DNA from: Rebecca billardiae RCC1528
Taxonomy: Eukaryota; Protista; Haptophyta
NCBI GenBank assembly: GCA_965240325.2
Contig: OZ251236.1
Coordinates: forward strand, 1,364,001-1,428,000
DNA: 64,000 bases
Direction of reading: 5' to 3'
The notes under the pieces: generated by a model
Seen by the model: the letters and a program-made list of their open reading frames with translations, nothing else
Database searches by the model: none
Told to the model about the DNA's origin: nothing
In this document: one piece after another, positions 54,986-64,000 of the stretch
Layout: each line of letters begins with the position of its first letter
Position numbering within the stretch: the stretch's first letter is position 1
Made by a program: the position numbers and the translations under genes

Positions 54986-56510
54986 AACTGTGCCCTGTCT
55001 ACGGGCGGGGGGGTCGGCGGGCCGTGCCAGTGCTCTCGCAATGTTTCCTCTGCGAGTTCGTGTCTTTCCACATTCGCTCGTGGCCGTGGGTGACGGACAG
55101 TCGGACCAGTGACACCTGCTGAAGTTTTCCCACAAGTACGTACACGTCCGTCCGGCGTGCGCCATCAGCGAGGCCCACACCCACGAGGGAATGTGTGACA
55201 GCACGCGGGGCGGGGCGGGTAGCCCGTTGCTCTGCGCGAGCGCGGGTACGCGCTGTATGTGCCGCATCTCGACCGCGATGGCGTAATCGACTCATCGAGC
55301 GCCTCGCCGCCGACAAAGCCGCCAGAGTAGATCATGTGCATGTCCTCCTGCCGCCAGCCGAGAGCGGTCGTCGCGAGGACGCTTGCCGATGTCCGCTCCG
55401 GGCATGATGGGCTCGGCGCAGGTCGCGTTGACATCGTACATGGCCGCCACGCTGATCACGAGCGCGTTGACGTTCACGCGGTCGTCGCTCTTCGCCTCTT
55501 TGACAGGTCTGGCGCCCGCGTGTTTGGCGGCACGAGGAGCTGTTGGTTGTGCGCGCGCGCGCGCACAGCGACAGCGTGTGCCACTCGCGATCGAGAGTGG
55601 CCACGAGCTGCTCACGCAGGCACACGAATCGCAGCGCATCCGTCACCGGCGTGACGACGTCCGCCTCGTCCCGCAGCGCCTGCGCCATGGACGAGGATGG
55701 CGCGTCGATTTTGCATGCTCGACGATTCATCCCTCTGCGGATGGCATCACGGGCTTGTCTGTGTCGCGCTGCGGCGAGGGTCGCCAACTCGCGAGGACGC
55801 GGTTGCTGCCACGGCGACAGACCCGGGAGGTGCGTCCGCAGCGCGTCGTACGCCGTTGGCGCTGCGCTTCCGTCGCATTGGTCACCGTCGACGCCATGCA
55901 GGCCGGACGTGGAATTTCGGCTGAGGGACCGCGATCGACCAAGGGTGGTCGATCGACACAGCGACACTCGACAAGCGAGTGACTGCAGACTGACCGCCAA
56001 ATCTTGCGTCGCGTGCGATGGCGCTTCCCGCCCGCGAGATACCTCGTAATGAGGGCCTTTCCGCACCGAGCCCGACGCGCGGGGGTTTATCGCGCGAGGT
56101 GGTTGTCGTGCGCAGCACTTGATGCTATGGCCCGTGCGAGCGCCCGACGTGCAAGTCGGGCGAGGACCGCCCCAGGTCGCACGATCGTGTCGACGCGCCG
56201 AGCGTACCGCTCCAAACGGGTCGATTTAGCCCCCGTTCGACCTGCACGCGAGACGACGAGGGCAGGAATCGCGAATCGGGCGACAGGCCCCCTCGGGAGT
56301 CTTCTCACGATGTCCGCGCCGGCGTGGATCTGGCGCGCGCGACCCACGCGCTCCGCGCCATCGGGCACTTGTTTTCGGCCGAGCGTCCCCAGTGGGAGCT
56401 GCGAGGGCGCCCGGTAGTGAGCGAGGCGATTTTCTTTTATTCTGGACGAGTTCTTTTCTTTTTCTTTTCTTTTCCCCGGGCAGTACAAGGGGTGGACCTA
56501 CGGCCCGCCA
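54986..56510 (-). mobile_element. Dispersed ~1.5-kb repeat, copy B (inverted relative to 10371-11895)
   Basis: Colinear reverse-complement similarity including the terminal hairpin (56491-56509) and (TTTTC)n tract. Confidence 0.8.
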
Positions 56511-57077
56511 TATATATGTATACTCGTATATAGATAGCTTAGAGCGCCCGGCGACATCATGTACAAGTCATGCACACGGTCGTCGAGTGACGGTCGTGGT
56601 GCACCCGGAGTGGCAGATTTCTTATGCTGACCGACGGCGCCAGCGCATATATTATTATTAGTATGATTCCATATACGACTGCTATAACCGTACTAAGCGC
56701 GCCTCTCCGACGACCGGATGAACAGACGCGAGTCTTACAGCAGATCAGAGTCTGTCATTATCGATTCTGACGGTGACAGCTCTATGATCCGCAGCGGTCT
56801 GTCTGTCTGTGACAGCCGACTCAGTCACGTCACGGCACGCGACTATAATGCTGTGTGTCGCAGCAGCCAATTATGACTGCCTGTGTGATGATGAATATAT
56901 TATAAGCAGTCTGCAGCGAGCACCGTGGCCATCGTCGTCGGCTGGCGAGCGCGCAGAGTCTAGTCATCATTTCAACAATGACTCAGCTTAGCCGAGTAGT
57001 AACTCAGGCCGTGCAGTGCCGTGCGGACGATGCCCAAATTGAAATGCGGCCAGGCGCTGAGACTGCATTCGAATCAC

Positions 57078-57953
57078 TCATCGCATCAGAGGGCGCGCGG
57101 CATTGCTATCCACGCGCGTGTAGAAGGCGTTCCCGTGGCCAAATGGTGGCATCGCCCGCATTTCGCGCCGGAAGCCGGCCTGCACCAGCAGGGCGTGCAG
57201 ATCGCCTTCCTTGGTTCCGCCCTGGTAGTGTTCGCATGAGGACACCTCTGTCATGACGTTGCGCACGTGACGCAGGGCGTGTGGCGCACCATGGAGCACT
57301 TCGAGCTCGCTCCCTTGCACGTCAAGGTACAGAAAGTCAAACTCGTCCGGTTTAAGCCCACGATGCGCCAGGAGGTCGTCGAGCGTGACTGTCGTCACAG
57401 TGGTGGGCGGCAGCTGCTGCAGGAAGGGAAAGGCCGCCTTGTGCCCCTCGCCGAGCGGCTTGAGCGACGACGAGATGGAGTTATCAACGCGATGCAGCTG
57501 CGCGGGTGCGCCGGTTGTGCAGCCGACGGCCTCCATCGCGACGACATCGACGTTGGACCGGCCAGCGGCCGCGATGCTCGCTCGGAGTGGCGCTTCACAC
57601 TCCGGCTGGCATTCGATCCACACGACACGCGGGATGCTCAGAGCCGTGTAGAGACCGGCCTCGCCGCCATTATTTGCACCGACGTGAAGCACACCTTTGA
57701 TCAGCTTGCTGCTACTGGTACCTGCGGCGCGCTCGAGGACCGCGCGGTAGTCCAGCTCAAAAGTCCCGTTGCCAAGGAGGAAGTACACGGCCATCTTGAA
57801 GAACATGCGCACGCCCCACCAGCGAATCAGCCAAGGCGCTCCAGCGGCAAATGCAAGGCAGCGGTGTGCTCGTCGCGCCAGTGAACTGTCACCAGGGGGG
57901 TAGAGGATCGAGTAGATCGCTCGCTCACCCGGCGTTGCGCCGTCGCTCGCCAT
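57078..57953 (-). CDS. FkbM-family methyltransferase
   Basis: GVLHVGANNG, VWIECQP, SSSL, VTLDDLL and FDFLYLDVQGSELEVLHGA..VMTEV. Hydrophobic N-terminal segment; ATG at 57953. Confidence 0.92.
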   Translation of the reverse strand: MASDGATPGERAIYSILYPPGDSSLARRAHRCLAFAAGAPWLIRWWGVRMFFKMAVYFLLGNGTFELDYRAVLERAAGTSSSKLIKGVLHVGANNGGEAGLYTALSIPRVVWIECQPECEAPLRASIAAAGRSNVDVVAMEAVGCTTGAPAQLHRVDNSISSSLKPLGEGHKAAFPFLQQLPPTTVTTVTLDDLLAHRGLKPDEFDFLYLDVQGSELEVLHGAPHALRHVRNVMTEVSSCEHYQGGTKEGDLHALLVQAGFRREMRAMPPFGHGNAFYTRVDSNAARPLMR

Positions 57954-58126
57954 GCGCTCGATCTCAGCACGGACGGACGGGTCGATTTGCGCGGTCGGCC
58001 CGCTGCTTTTCGCGGCCAAGCGGAAGGGCCCGCGCGCGCGGAAGAAGCTTTGCACCCGCGAGCCGGACTCTCCAAATCCGGGGAACTTACAGTCAGACCG
58101 TCTGAATCGGCCCCCTCGCTCAGACC

Positions 58127-60654
58127 GGTCTGAGCGAGGGCCAGATTCAGACGGTTTTTGGGCCCGCCCCACTGGCGAGCGCGCTGCGGGACGCGCCTCG
58201 CACTGGGGGCGGTGCACACTACACTCACGGCGCGCCGCGATGTGTTCGGGCGGTGGATGGGGCTGAATCGGGCGAGAGTGACGGTGCGATCGGCCGCGAT
58301 GCGTCTGCCATCACCCAGTGAGCTCGTGCGGTGCCATCTCGCCCTTCGCTTCGTCGCCACTCGCAATCGCACCAGTCGCGCGCGTCCATGGCTTGCCTTG
58401 GGCGCGCTGTGTTCTCGCGCAGTGTGTGCTTGGCAGCAGGGTGCTCGTGGCCGGTGGTTGCCGTCGCAGAGGATCGGAATGTGCGCAGCTACGCTACATC
58501 CCAGACACCATGTGCCCGTCCTCGTCGAGCGTTGGAGAGACACGCGTGTCGCGCATGCACTCGCGGAAGCAGGCTGACAGCGGCGCGCGGGCGTGGCTGC
58601 GCGCGCATGGTGCACCACACAGCTGCCCCCGCCATGAGCACCAGCTGTGTACGCACCTCTTCCGTGTTGTCTGATCCGCCAGGCCGCCACGGTGCGGAGA
58701 CTGCGCGCGTGAGACACCGACAGTCAGCGGCCACAGTCGACACGGTTGCGTGCGGCAGCAATCTGGCTCACAGCTTTCTCTCGGAAGCGATGGCCACGTC
58801 GACCGGCTGGCAACGTCGATCACTCGATGCGCTCAGCGATGGCGCGACATCGCTGCCACCTACCGCTGGGGACTCCTCGCGCAATAAAGCCCTCGTTCCT
58901 CGTCGGAAGGGCGGGCGCGATCGCTCCGCGCATCGCTCACGCTGCTCGCATTGCTCACGGCCACGCTTGCGCTCACGCTCGCGACATCGGCCGCGCCACC
59001 GCCCGTGGTCGTACTCTCGGTCACCACCGCCGTGGTGGTTTCGGGTGCTTACGTTTGACCTGGTCTACCGTGCGCCGGCAGCCGCCAGGCGAGTGCATTG
59101 GCCTCCGGCCGGCAGGGCGGCCGTTCTCGCTCTGCGAGTGCGCGCGCTGGCGCGAACTGCTTCGGCACGCATGCCCGGCGTCCTGATTCAGACGGCAAGT
59201 GCATCTACATCCGCCCGACACGCCGCCCACTGAGCGCCAGGCGCCGGACCGATGGTGCTATTGCTGCAGCTGGGCGGATCAGGTGCCGAGCTTCTGACGC
59301 TGTGCACGTTGCGAAACCCACCGCCATTGCCGCACCCGTCCGCATGCGCATCGGACGGCGCTGCTTGAGGCGCTGCCGTCAGGCGCGCGGCGGGCGGCCT
59401 CCGCCCTCGGCACCGCCGCCGAAGTGCGAGACGCGGAAGCGGCTGTCTCGCCCACGTACAGCGCTGCTCTGCGCGCCGCGCGGGACACGCCCACCACGCC
59501 CGGTTCGTGCAAACTCCCGAGGCTCCGAGCGCCGACGCTGTATGTGACGAGTGGAGCCCTGCTGCACAGCTTCTGACACGCTAAGTCTCGGACTCTGCTG
59601 CAAGCTGCATTTAATAAAAACAAATGGCGGTGGAATAAAAAGTTAAAAGTGGCTGCAGCAACTCCCATTCCACAAGTCATCTCCCCTCATAACGCTAGTA
59701 CGGCTGCGTTGAGGCTACCAACACGAGCAACAGCAGTTGCTGTCTCAGCCGCAACATCTGCAGCAGCTGCTGGTCCTTGGAGCAGCACTCCCGCGACAGC
59801 GCGCCCCCGAAGGAGCTGCGCGCGCGGCTGCTCGGACGACGGTGCCCATTGCCGCCGCTCAGCCGAGCATCGTGCCACAGCTGCCGGAGGTGCAAGGGCT
59901 GCGAGTGCTGTTGGCGAGTGCGGGTGTGCCAGTGGCAGCGAGTGGGGTGACTGCCACCGGCGCTGCTGCTGTTTCATCAATCGAAGCTGCAGCAACGGCT
60001 GCATCAGCTGCTGCACGCCATGGCATGTGCCAGTGACCTGTGTGCGCCGTGGCCGCTGACTGTCGGTGTCTCACGCGCGCAGTCTCCGCACCGTGGCGGC
60101 CTGGCGGATCAGACAACACGGAAGAGGTGCGTACACAGCTGGTGCTCATGGCGGGGGCAGCTGTGTGGTGCACCTTGTCACGCGCGCGCAGCCACGCCCG
60201 CGCGCCGCTGTGCAGCCTGCTTCGCGAGTGCATGCGTGACACGCGTGTCTCTCCAATGCTCGACGAGGACGGGCACATGGTGTCTGGGATGTAGCGTAGC
60301 TGCGCACATTCCGATCCTCTGCGACGGCAACCACCGGCCACGAGCACCCTGCTGCCAAGCACACACTGCGCGAGAACACAGCGCACCCAAGGCAAGCCAT
60401 GGACGCGCGCGACTGGTGCGATTGCGAGTGGCGACGAAGCGAAGGGCGAGCTGGCACCGCACGAGCTCACTGGGTGATGGCAGACGCATTGCGGCCGATC
60501 GCACCGTCACTCTCGCCCGATTCAGCCCCATCCACCGCCCGAACACATCGCGGCGCGCCGTGAGTGTAGTGTGCACCGCCCCCAGTGCGAGGCGCGTCCC
60601 GCAGCGCGCTCGCCAGTGGGGCGGGCCCCAAAACCGTCTGAATCTGGCCCTCGC
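58127..60654. mobile_element. Foldback/MULE-like non-autonomous element with ~600-bp terminal inverted repeats
   Basis: 58134-58734 is the near-identical reverse complement of 60049-60654, around a ~1.3-kb interior with no recognisable ORF. Confidence 0.8.
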
Positions 60655-60663
60655 CAGGGCAGT

Positions 60664-62098
60664 CACTACAAAAAATCCCCGCCAGCGGAGCATCGGGCAA
60701 GACCCAGACCCTCCGCCGGCGGAGATTTTTGTGGCCACGAAAAATCCCCGCTGGCGGAGCATGGAATGCTCCGCTGGCGGAGCCTGGGCTTGCAGGATTG
60801 ACACAACAAACTAGTTATACCAGAAGTCTGTCAACCACCGAACAGCAGTCACCTCCGCTGGTGGAGCTCGCTAATGAGCCATGCCTTTGTAAACTAATAC
60901 ACTCGGCACTTGAACTGAGCTCCGCTGGCGGAGCTTCGGGGGCGCCGAATGCCATTCTTGATGACCCACCTGACTTGAACTGAGCTCCGCTGGCGGAGCG
61001 TCGGTGGTCAGCGCCGTGTGTCATATTGGAGAAATAATGCTAAGCCTTTCAACGCATTCATACTCTGCGCTGTGCCACACATTCAACCTCCGCTGGCGGA
61101 GCTCACTGGCCTATTCGACTTGAACTGAGCTCCACTGGTGGAGCCTCGGCTGCGCCGAATGTCCTAATGTCCTTAATCGATGACCCACTCTCGACTTGAG
61201 CTGAGCTCCCCTGGCGGAGCTTTGGTGGCGCCGCATGCCATATTGGAGTAACGCGGAAGCGTCAACCGTAGTCATATCTACATTGAGACTCAACCTCCGC
61301 TGGCGGAGCTCGCGGACCTACTAGTATTCAACTTTAACTGAGCTCCGCTGGCGGAGCCTCGGCTGTGTCGAATGTCCTTATCGATGGCCGACGTCTTGAC
61401 TTGAGCTGAGCTCCGCTGGCGGAGCTTTGGTGGCGCAGCATGCCATTTATGGGAATAATGTGAAGCCGTTAACCATAATCATATCCATATTGACACTCAA
61501 CCTCCGCTGGCGGAGCTCACGGACCTATTCGACTTGAGCTGAGCTCCGCTGGCGGAGCTTTGGTGGCGCCGCATATCATATTGGAGTAATGCGAAGCCGT
61601 CAACCGTAATCATATATCCATATTGATACTCAACCTCCGCTGGCGGAGCTCACGGACCTATTCGACTTGAACTGAGCTCCGCTGGCGGAGCCTCGGCTCC
61701 GCCGAATGTCCTTATCGATGGCCCACGTCTTGACTTGAGCTGAGCTCCGCTGGCGGAGCTTTGGTGGCGCCGCATGTCATATTGGAGTAATGCAAAGCCG
61801 TTAACTACCGTAATCATATCCATATTGACACTCAACCTCCGCTGGCGGAGCTCGCGGGCCTATTCAACTTGAACTGAGCTCCGCTGGCGGAGCCTCGGCT
61901 GCGCCGAATGTCCTTATCGACATCTGGCCCACGACTTGACTTGAGCTGAGCTCCGCTGGCGGAGCTTTGGTGGCGCCGAATGTCATATTGGAGTAATGCG
62001 AAGTCGTTAACCGTAATACTATCCATATTGACACTCAACCTCCGCTGGCGGAGCTCACGGACGTATTCAACTTGAACTGAGCTCCGCTGGCGGAGCCT
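60664..62098. mobile_element. Left end of a CACTA (En/Spm)-like element with a subterminal repeat array
   Basis: Begins CACTACAAAAAA, followed by ~23 copies of the quasi-palindrome CTCCGCTGGCGGAG, mostly in a ~200-bp three-part unit. No matching right TIR is seen in the window. Confidence 0.6.
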
Positions 62099-62689
62099 CT
62101 GCTTGTGGTTTGCTGCAATTGGGGCTGGGCAGCCTGGGCTCAGCATGGGGCAGCTGTTCACAGCCCAGGCGGGGCGTCACCGCCTGTGAGCCGTCGGTGG
62201 GCAGGGCCGACGGCGTCGCAGAGCTCATGCGTGGGAGCAGCGCGTCGAGGAAGCGATCAAGGTCGAGAAGGAAGGGGCAAGCAGCAGGGGCTGCCTGTAC
62301 GTTTGTACATGCCTCCACACCGGTGCACATCACCCTTGCTCACTGCAGTCGTGAACAGTGCTGCCACTCATCTCATCATCGCTCACCATGCAGTGACGGC
62401 CGAGCTGCGGCGAACTCTCACAGGCACCGAACACGCATCGGCTGTGCCCGCTGGTGCTGGCATGCGCTGTCCTCTACTTGCTGTCGGACAGCAAGGAGAC
62501 GGCACAGCCGCATCTGCGAGCGGGCGAGGTGATGCTGTCCAGTGTCCTCTGCTCAGCGAGGCTGAGAGGCTGAGCACGGATCACGGATAGTGAGCCCTGG
62601 TATCTCAACGCATCCAGGAGAGCAGTTGGTGCATGCCTGTGCTCAGACGTGCAGGACCAACCATCCGGTGCTGATTCAAGCACCCGCGC

Positions 62690-63600
62690 CAACAGCGGCG
62701 GCACTCAACTCCACGCTGCTGATGCGGCCGCACAGCTGCAGGGATGGTACCACGGCGGGCGACGGCGGGCGCTGCAGCTGGCAGCTCGGTGGTGCCTGCC
62801 CGATGGGCCTGGGCGCCGGGCGCACCGAGCGCGATGACGCCTCTCGCATCGCCCAGCGCGCTGGAGCCGCTGTCATCCGACGCTGCTGTGCCCGCGCCCA
62901 GCTTGGGCTGCAGCAGCTGCGCTCGACTCCGCGCCGAGTGCGGCGGCAGCAGCGGGGATGGTGCCACCGCGGGCTGCGGCAGGCGCTGCAGCTGGCAGCT
63001 CGGTGGTGCGCGCCCGAGGGGCCTGGGCGCTGGGCGCAGCGAGCGCGGTGACGTTGCTCGCCTCGCCCAGCGCGCTGGAGCCGCTGCCACCGGGCGCTGC
63101 TGTGCCCGCGTCGAGCGTGGGCTGCCGCAGCTGCGCTCGACTCCGCGCCGAGTGCGGTGGCAGCAGGGATGTTGCCACGTCGGGCGGCGGCTATCACTTT
63201 GGCTGGCAGCTCGGTGGTGCCTGCCCGAGGGGCCTGGGCGGTGGACGCACCGAGCGCGATGACGTTGCTCGCCTCGCCCAGCGCGCTGGAGCCGTTTGCC
63301 ATCCGGCGCTGCGGTGTCCGCGCCCAGCCGGAGCAGCACGAGGTGCGCTCGACTCCGCACCCGTGCGGCGGCAGCAGCAGGGATTGTACCACGGCGAGCG
63401 GCGGCAGTCGCTGCAGCTGGTAGCTCGACGGTGCCTGCCCAAGGGGCCTGGGCGACGGACGCGCCGAGCGAGCTGACGCCCCTCGCTTCCCCTATCACGC
63501 TCGAGCCGCTGCCATTTGATGCTGCTGAACCGTTCGGGCAGCTGCGGACTGTGCGCTCGACTCCACGCCGCGTGCGGCCGCAGGCAGCAGCAGCAGCAGG
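62690..63600. repeat. GC-rich ~214-bp tandem repeat, about 4 copies
   Basis: gctgcagctggcagctcggtggtg recurs at 62771, 62985, ~63199 and 63410. Confidence 0.88.
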
Positions 63601-64000
63601 CTGGTAATTAACAGCTGCTGCTCAGATCTCCGTGACTGCTCGGTTGCTGCGTATGAGCCAGGTGAGTGAGCCGCTGAGTCGCAGGGGCCGCGTGAATTGA
63701 CTTGCGACCGCACGCCGGTATATAGGCTTAAGACGGCGTACGTCCGAGTCCCGATCAGCAGCGCAGGAGTTTTGAGAACGCGGTGACGAGTCACACGCAG
63801 CTACTCTTCTTATGATGGCGCTATACTTTTTTCTGTACGTAGTAGTAGTAGGTTACGACTACGCTGCCGGCCTCGCCCTCAGCATTACATTGACGGCGTA
63901 TGGTAGCGCAGGTCCGCCTGATGACCGTTTTATTGCGCGTCTTCATGATGATGATGACGATATGACGATAACGACTCCTCCGACTCCTGAGTCACATAAG

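Noticed and set aside
60900-62098. CRISPR array
   Set aside because: The spacers are not unique (three types recur cyclically), there is no cas operon, the context is eukaryotic, and a CACTA terminus explains the array.
63826-63852. Right TIR of the CACTA-like element
   Set aside because: ttttttctgtacgtagtagtag only loosely resembles TTTTTTGTAGTG and lacks the adjacent subterminal motifs.

Overview
Very GC-rich eukaryotic DNA with short GTGCGC...CGCAG spliceosomal introns, (CT)n microsatellites and AT-richer intergenic islands. By inference this is a haptophyte-like alga (Pavlovales-like); the organism cannot be proven from the sequence. About 13 protein genes are supported: a GRAM/PH-like protein, a SHIPPO/STPG-repeat protein, a Sel1-repeat+MYND protein, a glycosyltransferase-like protein, an ABHD hydrolase, PGM3, mTERF, three SAM methyltransferases, a DUF2779-type nuclease fused to SAP, a BPI/LBP-fold membrane protein, and a giant ~6,400-aa surface receptor. 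The receptor is the most striking object. In order it contains a signal peptide, Pro-rich stalk, TMEM132-like cohesin/Ig module, second cohesin, RRRL/RRGLQ linker, dockerin, (SVP6)n/(SP3)n stalk, 12 copies of an unassigned ~100-aa domain, 5 IPT/TIG domains, REJ, GPS and five polycystin-1-like TM helices with an EF-hand pair. The last ~14 kb is mostly non-autonomous mobile DNA, including a 5-copy hairpin array with compensatory changes, a foldback element with ~600-bp inverted repeats and a CACTA-like end with a palindromic-motif array. There is a 200-N gap at 51379-51578. All domain calls come from motif recognition by eye; no searches were run.
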